From assembly GCF_001194135.2 (NCBI RefSeq), contig NC_068983.1, positions 149,494,755 through 149,558,754 on the forward strand: a DNA stretch of 64,000 nucleotides, given 5' to 3'. Numbering within the stretch: the stretch's first letter is position 1; each line of letters starts with the position of its first letter. The translations under genes and the position numbers were made by a program. The DNA comes from Octopus bimaculoides (lineage: Eukaryota). A model generated the notes under the pieces. That model did no database searches. It worked only from the letters and a program-made list of their open reading frames with translations, and was not told the DNA's origin. This document shows positions 36,980-49,800 of this stretch, piece by piece.

Positions 36980-37320
36980 GTTTTTGTTGGCACTCCGTCG
37001 CTTACGACGTTGAGCGTTCCAGTTGATCAGATCAACGGAACAGCCTGCTCGTGAAATTAACGTGCAAGGCGGCTGAGCACTCCACAGACACGTGTACCTT
37101 TAACGTAGTTCTCGGGGATATTCAGCGTGACAAAGCTGACCCTTTGAATTACAGGCACAATAGAAACAGGAAGTAAGAGTGAGAGAAAGTTGTGGTGGAA
37201 GAGTACCGTGAAACTTTAGGTGTTTTTCGCTCAATAAACACTCACAACGCCCGGTCTGGGAATCGAAACCGCGATCCTATGACCGCGAGTCCGCTGCCCT
37301 AACCACTGGGCCATTGCGCC
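36980..37320 (-). mobile_element. tRNA-derived SINE (third family), CpG-intact, just upstream of PSMF1
   Basis: Reverse complement begins GGCGCAATGGCCCAGTGG (A box) ... GGTTTCGATTCC (B box); homologous to 51521-51900. Confidence 0.9.
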
Positions 37321-37592
37321 TTCTCTATAGAAATGGATCATTCTTTAATCTCCTTCAGTCGCTTGAATATACAAATACAATATACTTTCAATTCTGTAAG
37401 AAATCTAATGAAGATACTTTTGCATAATTGATAATCAGCGAAATGTCACCGGTTTCTTCGAGAAAGAAATAAACAAACAATAAAGCTAGATAAAATATTC
37501 ATAACATTTTTGATTTACTAGTATTTAAATTTAATATATTAATTTCATTTGTTGCTTTTATCAATAAAATTAAGTTTCTTTACGACATTGGT

Positions 37593-37604
37593 GATGACGT
37601 CATC
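37593..37604. promoter_or_regulatory. palindromic CRE/ATF-type site in the PSMF1 proximal promoter
   Basis: GATGACGTCATC (core TGACGTCA at 37595-37602), about 80 nt upstream of the ATG, in a CpG-retaining region. Confidence 0.5.
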
Positions 37605-37678
37605 TGTTTATGTTTACTGAACAGAAATGAAAACGTCACTAGAATTTTCTCTTTCGTCGTCCGTTGGTCTCTAATATA

Positions 37679-37810
37679 ATGGCAGACCATCCAGGTTTGG
37701 AGTTGTTATTTCGTAGCGTTGAGCTCAGTTCGACTCAAGATGCAGCCATTTGCTTGTTACACTGGGAATTCATCAAAAATGGGTTTAAATGCATTAGTAC
37801 TAGTGACCAG
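37679..37810 (+). CDS. PSMF1: PSMF1 exon 1
   Basis: MADHPGLELLF...CISTSDQ|gtttgt; 44 codons. Confidence 0.95.
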
Positions 37811-40800
37811 GTTTGTTTTTGTTTACATTTATAGTGTTGATATGTCGTTCATACAGAATGTTGCTAATGCTTTTGAGAAATGCATGAACGTCACGCAATC
37901 CCTTTCAGGAATATGTTAAATAAACTATATAACTGACTGGCGGGTTGCTCCAAGGTAGCCATGGATCAGGAGGTGGAAGACCTGTAAGGAGTAGCGCTAA
38001 CTAAACACAACCTGGGGCTTGATTCAATCTTGGATGATGTTTGTTGAAATAACTGAAACACCTATTGGTTTCAAGAAACATCACTAATAATGTGCCCAGG
38101 TGCACCAAAATATGATGTTTAGAAAAGCAAACACACACACACGCACTAATACATATTCACATACACTATGCATTGTATAGGTATGTGTTATACTGTACAA
38201 CAGAATATATCGATTTTTATCCTACACTATGTATACGTAGGTGGTGTAAAGACCATATGTTTTTCATACAATATCATCGTGGCCAGAAAAAGAGGAATAA
38301 TCTGGACTAGTCTCAGTCCAGCGTTGGGATTTCATCTGTGACTTTTTAAATGTCCAAGCAAATACTGCCTACAAACCCATTATTATCAAAAGCTCGAGTA
38401 AATTGCCTATACTAATGCGCAAATTTTATGCTGGTTCGATAAATAAATTATTTAAACTATTCGAGCAATATCTCTGTAGACAGTCGGTGATGAATTCCAA
38501 TACAAGACTGAAACTTAACCAGCTGCTACTTCGTTTTTCTGTCCATGAAGAAAGTTTTTATCTGTGTAGATAGTGTTGACTAAAAAAATTCTATAGAACT
38601 GTTACCTAGTTCACTATAGCATTGAAACAAAACGCCGTTAACGCACCAGTAACATATATATTAACTCGATAAGTCGGCCCCAGAAGTTCCTGTGCGTGAG
38701 TGGATGCAGTGTTGCACAGTACTGAACCCACTTTTCAGCGCAATCAGCTATAATACTAGTGCCACAACAGATGTTGAGACGACTAAAAACCAACTGCACC
38801 TCAAGGTCCTTCTTATAAGAGTATAAAGAAGGAAATCCTAATAAGAACTTGGGTGGTTGGGCTGGTAATAACTTTAAAATGACATCCACTAATGGGATCC
38901 TAGTTGTGTGTTCCCCCGTTTCGAGGAGTGTGGAACCCCCTCTTAGCTATTATTGTTCCCATGTCTACTCTGATCCATAATAGTATTTGATATGGTCCCA
39001 TTTATGAATTAATTATCATATGTCTGTGTGTGAGTGTGTGTATATATAGTATATTTATGTATGATCGAGGAAGTAATGTTTGATTATAAATAGCACCCAG
39101 GAAGATTTACTGTTCTATTTTCAGTTCTATTCCGTGTAATGGGACATCTTTTTATTTCCAAGACGTGTTAGTTTCGGATTATAAATCTTGTCAATATGAG
39201 ATACGGTTTATGTATCTTCTGTCGGCATTCTTTGCCCTTCTTGTCGTTAATTTGGGTATTATAATATAAAAACTAGCAGTCTTTGAAGAAAACTGCGTAG
39301 TTAAAAATGAAACCAGCAATAACGAGAAATGTAAAAAGTATCGTGGCTTTGCTTGAATCACTGAATGGAAATAAGTAACCTCTTCAAATTAGGCGGTGCA
39401 TATGCCTCCCTATGACATTTTTTGTTTTTATCTGAAACGATCTAACTCTAAATTAAAAAAAAAAAATTTCCCTCCCGCCTGATATAGCGCGAAATTTCTC
39501 TTCACTGTCGTGATAGATCCTTACATCTTGTAATAATTAATTTGCCTGTTTTGGTCCTTATTACTTGTTTAAGTCACTGGACTGCTGTCATTCTAGGGCA
39601 CCACCTTCAGTTTCAGTCAATCAAGTCTCCAGGACTTATTTTTAAAGTCTGGTACTCATTTGATGCCACACTGCCAAGTTACAGGAACGCAAACAAACCA
39701 ACACCAGTTGTGAAACAATGAGACGCACGCACTCGTGTGTAATCATATTTTACTCTTGCTTTCAAAAAAACTTATCATTACAGAAATTGTTATAAGGGCA
39801 AATTTGAGAAGGCAGAACTTGATTGTTATAAGAGGTATGATAAAATACTCAGAAGTTGCTTAAGAATGGCTAAAAAACGGTACTACACAAATTTATTACA
39901 GTAAAACTCTAAAAACATTAAAAAAAACTGTTGGAAAACTTTAAACAATATAATAAATAAAACTGAAGAAACTGGTACATTTTTCCTTGACAGAAAAGAG
40001 CATATAATTAAAGACAACTTTTACATACGCCTTCAACACCAATTAACTTATTTCCTTCAACAATTCAAGATAACCAAGCTATGTTTTTACATTCTTCATT
40101 ATTGTTAGTTTCATTTTTAACTATATAACTTTCTTTAACATCTACCATGTTTGAGTTATAACACCTTTGAGAGAATATGTATCCAACAATCAAAGAACTA
40201 AGTTGTAATCTGGTTATTTCTCATTCAGTTCATTTACAATTTTCTTTGGATGTTAATGATTCCATATGAATGACATATTAACAATTTTCTTTGTAACACT
40301 ATTTGCCAAACCTACACCAAACAGATGGTTCATTCTTGATACTTGTAGAATCTTTGTTGGTCAATGTTGACCATGCATCTGCACATGTATGAGCAGACCA
40401 GATTAAGATTTTTTAAGGAAATTCTGGCAGTTGCCCATACACATGCCTGCAATTTTCATCTGTCCATGCCATTGATGTTTAAACTAGATATTGCCATCTT
40501 GAAGAATAATGCAATCTTAGATACACTCTCTTAGAAAAGGTGAGAGTCTTTCATCAACAAGCTGCTTGAGCAAAACTTTGGAAACACACACCACAAAGTA
40601 AATTGCAAGCTATCCATCTGTGTAAATATATGATTACCAGCTCACATCCACTGCAGGTATTTTATTCATGATCATCATCATTTAATGTCCGCTTTCCATG
40701 CTGGCATGGGTTGGACAGTTTGATTGAAAACTGGTAAACTGGGGGCTGCGCCAGGTTCCAATCTTGATTTGGCAAGATTTCAATGACTGGATGCCCTTCC

Positions 40801-43800
40801 TAACACCAACCACTCAGAGAGTGTAGTGGGTGCCTTTTACATGCCACCGGCATGGGTAAAACATAAATGTAAACTAGGACAACTTACTCATAATCAGAAT
40901 GAGAATGCAGTGTAGAAAGTGTGTGGATGCAGAAGAATCAGAGAGGAATGGGCAGGCAAGGTTGTATGGGTGTGGGAAGAGGTAAGGTGGACACAGACAT
41001 GGGGCTAAAGCAGTTTTACATTTATCAGTTCATCTAGGAATCATTGCTAGGACCACATCTAGAAACTCTACCTCTGATAGTCTATCTATTTAATGTTGTA
41101 AGCTAAACACTGATTCTTCTGAAACATTTACATCTATTACAGAGAATCAAGTCTCCTACATTTCTGATATTTATTTGTAAAGAATAGAAAAATGAAAAAA
41201 ATTGATTCTTATAAGATTCAAACTTAGAACCAATTCTTGTTATTTAGGACAACATGAAAGCAATGGAGTGGCAAAAATAGTATAGTCTTGAACTCAGTTA
41301 CATTCAGTATTTACTTTCTTTCTTCAAGGTACTGTATTTGAATTACACCAGAGTCAACTTCTCCGTCCATCCCTTCCAGATCAATAAAATATGTTTACAG
41401 TAGATTCAGTTCAAATGAATTTATAAATATGAGGAGTCATTATGGTTGGTAACTTGGGAGACTAGATGAGTTGATTCAAAATAGAGTGGGAGATTGGTTG
41501 TGTTATAATATCTAGTAGGGTGCTTTACTGCCCCTGCATTCAAGGGTTTGCTTTGTTTCATCATTTTGTAGCTAGCCTTTCATTTATTTCATTATATTAA
41601 TTATTATTTTTTTTTTTTTTTTTTGCTGTTTTACTAAATATTTTTCATACAAACATAGGTGTATGAAAAATTTGTTACTTAATATAGTCATGTCTTTTTA
41701 TTTGCTATTTTCATTGTTATATATCTTAAATGAATTTCCATAGACATCCCNNNNNNNNNNNNNNNNNNNNNNNNNNNNNNNNNNNNNNNNNNNNNNNNNN
41801 NNNNNNNNNNNNNNNNNNNNNNNNNNNNNNNNTAGTTAACTATAGCAGAATTTATTTTTTATTTCAGAAAATTGGTTCTGAACTTTTGCCTCCAGACTGG
41901 AATAATTCACAAGATGTATATATTCTTAATTACAGCAGAAAATCAGAAAGTGGGAAAGCAGAACGTTTTTTGATGAAAGCTATTCTAATTGAAAATTGTC
42001 TGTCATTAAATCTAATGGTAAAGTTCACGTTCTATCTACTTTCTTTTTATACATTTATTGTAATGTATATAGATGCTTCTATTTTCTTAAGAAGTTTACA
42101 AGCATCAAGCAAATTATAGATAAATGTTACCCCTAAATATTAACATTCTCAGATGATCCCAGTGCTTGTTCTTGAAAGAAATGCTCCAATGAATTGATCA
42201 CTGCAGTGTATATTTATTGATAAATCACCATTTTTAAAATGGATTTGACATGCATCTCTGAAACACCAAACCATGTTCTGGGCTTGAAATTCACAACCCC
42301 CTCACACACTCTCTCTCTCTCTCTCACTCATGCACACACACACACACACACACGTATGTGTGCATATGGATGAATTTGTAGGGCTGAATGGTCATGGCAC
42401 TCTTTAGTCTATATGACTCTCAATATTATATGTAACTTACAATATAACATCATGCACAAAAACAATTCTGCTCTAAAATCATGCACCTGTAACAATATAC
42501 AACACCTTCCATGTGTGTGAATATATATGTGCAGTTCTCTACTGGCTGATTATAAAGTTAATTGATAATTTGGTTGTTCCAGACAAAGATTATAGAAACC
42601 CATTGCTCTATATATATGGTTCTGGGGCTTAGCTGTTTTACTGGTAATGATTGAGATTATTTCAACTATTTGACATTTTATTTAAGCACAATTTCATGCA
42701 AAGTTGCAGTGTTTATGAAAAGCAACAAACAACTTAAAACAGGTGAAAGGCTGAAACCAAAATATATTATAACATTAAGTGGGTATGATTTATTTACACT
42801 GTAACTTATATTTATGATAAGTTAATATATATTTTTGCTTGTTTTTATCTTTTTACCTACAGCTTAGAGTTTAAAGTTTAAAAAAAAAATAAAACCTCAA
42901 ACTATTTAATAGCGACTTATGTCAAGGCATACTTGCTGGCAATAACCATCAAATAGGAGTGGTACAATCTTTTGTAGAAACTACCTGTAACTCTCGTTTC
43001 ATGCTCGGTTAATCACACAATCTCCAACAATTTAGGTTGGCTGACTATGTTAAAGTATGGCTTTCAGCTTGTACATATTAGGAGTGAAATATATGAGACA
43101 AAACTCAGGATATTCAAATATAAGTTGTGTCTGGGGAGAGTCATTTTCTTTTTGTGCCTTATAATTTAACACACTCACCGGTAAAATTTCCACTTATTTT
43201 TTATTTTCCTAAAATTTTCGTTGCATCAAGACTATTGAAAAGGTTGCAAGATGCAACAAAAATTTTAGGAAAATAAAAATAAGAAATAAGTGGAAATTTT
43301 ACTGGCGAGTGTGTTAAATTATAAGGCACAAAAAGAAAAGGACTCTCCCAGACACAACAGAATATGCTTCAACACATGAACTCACATAAAGAATCTTGCA
43401 AACCAAATCCAAAACCGAAATACAAATATAAGTTGTTTCCCTTGAATGCTAAGTTAATTGAAAATTATATAAACTATAAAGAAACAACTGTGTCGACACT
43501 TTTGACTCCCTTTGTTCAACCTCTATGATAAATCTTATGGAATGTATTTAACTAACAATTCTACGGTTCAATAAAAGAATCTGCACCAGGCAATATGCAG
43601 ACGATGAAACGGAGGAAAATTTTCACTATTTAGATCGAAACTTAGGCATATTTTAGATCAGACTACTAGGAAACAGTGAGATAGGAGTCCAACAACTTGA
43701 GACGGAGATTGTGAATGGCCTATGAAAATTAAAACAATGTGCTATGAATAGGGAAATAGTATGCCTTCCTACAGAAAAGTCCAGCATGTCAGAAAACTGC

Positions 43801-46800
43801 ATGCCAGAATATGTCCAAATGGTGCAACTACATATCAATGCCATGAGAGAAGTTAAATCATTGGAACCTGACAAACTAGAAAAAAAACTTCTTAATGCAC
43901 ACATGGGAATGTGGTTTAATGTACTCCAACCAAGAAAGTGGACTACATATAATTTCCAAGTCACCATAATGATATTCTAACTTTAAGGCTATCCCATATC
44001 CAGTTGCTGGACCCTAACCTGGCCAGTTTGTGTGGCTAATATCTTCAGCAATTATAAGCTATCCTACTTCCTCTTAATGGTTATGAGGACGTTCATTAAA
44101 ATGTCTTGAGATGTGTCCGTGAGAGCACAAAAGAATCAATGACTGTAACCACTCCAGCAACCTTACAGGTTGTATAATGAGCAGCAAGGATGTGATATCC
44201 TTATATCCATCTATCAACATTGATTTTGCTGCAGAGAACTGCTTGGAAGTTGTCTGCAAGAGTGAAGTCAAGTCATGCCAGTATGAATGAACTAGGTCTT
44301 CTCTTCAGACTAGTGTATAACAACAACTATCTTAACCAATATGACAAGAAGATTCTGCACCACCAGATCTGAATTAGGTAGAAACAGGAAACATTAGAGT
44401 GGATAGACTAGACTTGCCTAAAGTTCAGAGAAAAATACTCAGTTACGAAAGATGATCACACATGCCATTGCTGCCAGCATAAAAACTGCATTGAAAGGCC
44501 ACGTGTTCAAACTGTATACACAAGAAAAAACTGCATTAAAAGGCCATGTGTTCAAACTGTATATGCAAGAAAAAGGGGCAGTTAACCATGTTAGTATCGT
44601 TGGAGATGTGACTAGTCTCTTCATGAGCTGGCAGGACAGAAACCTTGTAGAATAAAAATTCATAATGGTTTATGTAGATGACATAAAATTTATAGTTAAG
44701 GTAACAAACATAAAGTTATGCTAACAAACATGAAAGCATCCACCATATAGCTAACTCTACCCACCAAAGTATCAATGTGATGATAAGACTACCCAATTAT
44801 GCACCCAAATAATAGATTATTTACCATTGATATTGAACTCTAGCCAGAAATGAGAGATTACAAGGTACAGCTCCTTCATTCATATTATGTAAAACCCTGG
44901 CCTCTAAGTATTTAGTCCATAGGAATTCTGCCATCTTATAATGTTAAGATAAATATGTTTATTACAAATTTGGTTAGAATAATGAATGATATATCAGCCT
45001 TGTGCACACTCTGTGAAATAAAGAAGCATACTCATGACTTGTACTACATGCAGTTCTCTAATTACAACCAAAAAACGGAATCAAGGTATACAAGGGGGCA
45101 AAGGAAAAGTTAGAAAATATAATAAGAAATGATACTAATGGAATTTGCCTGAAATATTGTAGCAAACTATGGAATAGACTACATAGGATTAGTAAGAAGA
45201 TAGATAAAGCAAACAAATAGTACAATAGTGACAGGTTCTAATGTTAATTGATGCTACACCTAAAGGAGAATTAGCCTGTAAGCTTAAGAAAGCTCTGAGT
45301 GGTGCTAAACTTAGAATTAAAATAGTAGAGAAACCAAGGAAATTCATTAAACCACAAAGAAGTAGGAAAGGACTACATGCACCAACAGGAATTGTGTTGT
45401 TTGCAGTACAAACCTTGAAGAAGCACTGAAAAGAATATAGTCATTAGAAACCTATGTTGGTATTCTTTCAGCATGCTAAGAATAAACATGAAAGCATGCT
45501 AAATAACATGGAGATAAAAAAAATCATATTGACACACCCACATAATGCAACTTTATGAAAGAATTGTGGATATTCGATATCATGACATGTTATTGGCTTG
45601 TGAGTCATCACTAAATGTAAACAACACTAAATTTAACACAATCGTTAATGTTAATACAATGGCCTAAAGTCAAGGTACAAAGTGGAAGACTTCACACATG
45701 TACAACATATGTCCACATACAACATCCGTTGCAGCAGCATTGGAGAGAGGTTCACACCCCCGTTCTCTTTATAGTTAATGCAGAACCTCAAGATATTAGT
45801 CAATTGTTTTGAAACTTGGTATGCAACCTCTTAAGGAAACTATATTTACTGTTTTGCATTATGCTATGTGGAAGTATGTGTTTGTGCAGGTGGTACGTAA
45901 AACACACCATTTTGAGCGTGGCCGTTGCCAGTACCGCCTGACTGGCTTTCGTGCCGGTGGCATGTAAAAGCACCCACTACACTCTCGGAGTGGTTGGCGT
46001 TAGGAAGGGCATCTAGCTGTAGAAACTCTGCCAAATCAGATTGGAGCCTGGTGTAGCCATCTGGTTCACCAGTCCTCAGTCAAATCGTCCAAACTATGCT
46101 AGCATGGAAAGCAGATGTTAAACGATGATGATGATGATGAAGTCCAAAGTGTGACCAAAAATAGTGATTTAAAAAATTTTCAGTTGTGTTGTTGAGCTTG
46201 AAAAAATATTTAACTGTGAAGTTCTTTATACGCCTTTCTTTTAACCCTAATTCGCAACAAAATATCGATTCTTGGTTACCAATTTCGAAAGTTGCACTTT
46301 TCATTCCACCCTGCTGTGTATTGCATATGTATCTTGACACTAAATTGGTTGTTAAACATGATGTAAATCAGTTACTATAGCAAACATGTTGGACTGCCCC
46401 TATCCCCCCACCAGAAGAAAAGAAAAAAATATAGACCTATGGCTTAGTAAATATATATATTGGTGTGTTATACATACATTTGTTTTGTGTGTGTGTGTGT
46501 TTATATGCTTGCATATGCGTGTGTGAAGCATAATACATTGGTAGGTGAATTACTTATTTCTTTGGGTTACTCAAATGAAAGTTGAAGAGTCATAAAATTG
46601 TACTATGGTCCCCCAGCATTCCCAAAATAAAATAGTCCTACTGTTCATTCTGTCGAGTAGGTGTTTACTTTCATAGATTCAGGTTGACCACTACTTTGTG
46701 GATGAAATTTGGTATACAGAAAGTAAGTGGAAAACCATTGGATTGAATGGAAACTAGTACATCCGGATAATGTTATATTTATGTCTAGCTGAGTTATCTC

Positions 46801-49800
46801 CCCTTGTGCTAATGTTCATGCCAGCCTCAATGCAGTCAAAACAATGGGATTGATATAATTGACTGACAGTCCTTGAAATCAGTGTGTCCCAACATGGTCT
46901 CAATTCAGTGGCTGAAACTAGTGACAGAATATATATATTTGAAAGATATATAAGTTCAAATATTGGAATATATTTACATTTTTATTTATTGTTTTCAATA
47001 AGTAAATATAATTAATCTTAAAATAAAGTCTTTATGCATTAACTTCCTTTTCTCTCTCTTTCAATTTGTCTAGAATCTTGATAATGAAGCACTTTCAGCT
47101 GTTTCAATAGAAATTGAAGACTTTGTCAATCCTGATTACAAATTCTTCCCTAAGTAAGTAGTTTTCATTTGCTACCATTACTATTTTCTTGTCAGATTTC
47201 ATATTCAAATCTCATCAAGATCGATTTTGCCCTTCCATTTCTCAAGGGTCATGATTAGTAATTATCAGTCATGTTTTGTAAATTCAATCAATCAGCTGTT
47301 GTATGCCCCAGTATTGGAATTTCGAACCTAATACTTTATTTGATCCACAGGGATATACTATTCAAACTCCATTCTCTGCAGTGTCGTTACATTTTTTGCC
47401 TGAGATTGAACTTAGAATCTCTAGGTAACTGCAGTGCATTAACCAGCGTCTTTACTACGTCAGTTAATACAATACAGTCATCTAAAGGTTCTCAGTTCAA
47501 TCCCAAGAAAGGCACTAAGGTAATTCACAAAAAAAAAAAAAAAATCAACTGATGCAAAAAATGTCACGAAACGCAGAGAGCAGAGTGAGAACAGTGCACC
47601 CTCCTGGATCAAATGAAGGGTTAAGTTTGAAATTCCGATACAGCAACCGAGTTCAACAAAAGATACCTGAAGAAGGCTAGAACATACAATGACCAAAACA
47701 TAGTGAAATGAACAATCAAGATGAGGACATCAGTCCAGCTAATATAAAAAGTATGCATAATCAATGTTAGCATTATGACCATTCATATCCATCTGAGGAA
47801 AATAGGAAAAGCTTCAAATTGAAGAAACTGGGTTTCTCATGCTTTTTCAGTGGCAAATCATCACCCAATGCCTGACTGTTGTGAATCACTCCGTACCTGT
47901 AAATTCCAGGCACCATTTTTAAACTGGATTGTGACTGTAAATGAAATATGGATTTTTTTATAGCAATTTTGAGTGTTACAGACTGGTTAAGCCCAAATCA
48001 AAAACTTGTGTTGCAATCACAAAGAAGACTTCACCCAAAGAAAATTTTGTTGATTGTTTATTTAGATATAAAAGGACTTACTCATTATGAACTTTGGGGA
48101 CTGAATCAATCTATCACTTCTGTTTACTTTTAGTAACTTTACTATTTGAAGGCTACTTTAGAGGGAAAATGTCCTGACTTAATAAGCTGCAGGAAGGAAG
48201 TTCTCTTTTATCAAGATAATGTTGGAATCATTCACCTGACTTTGCTCCAACAGATTTCCATTTATTTAAACCTTTGCAAAACCAATTTATATGGGAAAAG
48301 TATGGCCTGGACGGAAGACTTAGAAATATCATTCTAGATCATCATCATCATCATCATCATCATCATTTAACGTCTGCTTTCCATGCTAGCATGGGTTGGA
48401 CGACTTGACTGAGGACTGGTGAAACCGGATGGCAACACCAGGCTCCAATCTAAATTTGGCAGAGTTTCTACAGCTGGATGCCCTTCCTAACACCAACCAC
48501 TCAGAGAGTGTAGTAGGTGCTTTTACGTGTCACCTGCACGAAGGCCAGTCAGGCGGTACTGGCAACGACCACGCTCAAAATGGTGCATCTTATGTGCCAC
48601 CCGCACAAGAGCCAGTCCAGGGGTACTGGCAACGATCTTATTTGGCTTGCCAGGTCTTCTCACGCACAGCACATTTCCAAAGGTCTCGGTCAGTAGTCAT
48701 CGCCTTGGTGAGGCCCAATGTACGAAAGTCTTTTACGTGTATTTTAATTCAGATCAGGCATTCAAAAGCTTACAAATAAATGGAGAGAAATTATAGAAAA
48801 ATGAAGGAAATTATGGGTTATAATTATTGTATTAAATATGCTTGTACTTTTGAATAAATACTAATAATTGGACAGAACTTTCTGTGTAATCCGGTGTGTG
48901 TGTATAAATGAATGAATGCTAAGTATTTTCTGTGTCAAAAATTTGTTTTTTCTCTGTGTTTAGACAACAGTTATTCTAATATTTATTGCACTGTCAGTAT
49001 CTCAGACAATTCATTATTAGAAGGGTGGGAGATGGTAGAATTTATAAAGTTATAAATGAGATGCCTCCTTGTATTTAGCTCTATCCCTCTATGATCTGCT
49101 GTGGTCTTTTTTTTTTACCCTTTAACCCTTCTGTGGATGATAAAATAAATACCAGTCAAGTACCCAGGTTTATTTGCTTGGTCGTTGTCCCACCAACTCC
49201 ATTTTCATGCTCATATTGGAAATCATTATTAAATAAGGACAATGAGAAATGCTAGAACATCAGAGTACACTCCTTATATTAGCCCTTTGCATTGAGTTCA
49301 GTTCCTTGTAGGTCAGTTTTGTTTTTTATTAGGCTCAGTAAAAAGTAAGCAACGTTTTGAAACATGAAATTCATCACAAAATATTTCAGCAATGCACAAA
49401 TTTTATTCATCGAAGTAAGTACCATTACAATCAACACATTTTTTGCCAACGAGTTACAAGTTTGTGTATTCCAGTAACATAAAAATCTGGAGTTTAGGAG
49501 CTATTGAACTCTTTGAACGCACTTTTAGCATCCATTTGATTTTTTAACTCCTTCTCTTGCAGGAAACCATCAAGGTACTTGAAAAAGTGGTAGTTGGTAG
49601 GAGAAAGGTCTGGGGAATAAGCTGGGTGGGGAAGAACTTCGTAGCCAAGTTCGCTCAACTTCTGGAGTGTCATTAGTGAAACATCTAAGATGGAGGAGTT
49701 GCAGTTTTTCATTCATTTTGTTAATTTCATGGCAGTATGTTTCTGCAAGAAATGGGTTTTCTGGGTTTTAAGAAGTTATAGTAGATGAGTCCAGCAGTAC

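Noticed and set aside
37250-37320. Apparent tRNA gene (also 51521-51590)
   Set aside because: It continues into a roughly 300-nt SINE body shared with other copies, so it is a SINE head rather than a tRNA gene.
38600-39000. GC-richer block with an 83-aa minus-strand ORF in PSMF1 intron 1
   Set aside because: No recognisable domain or splice structure; it looks like a repeat fragment whose class I cannot assign.
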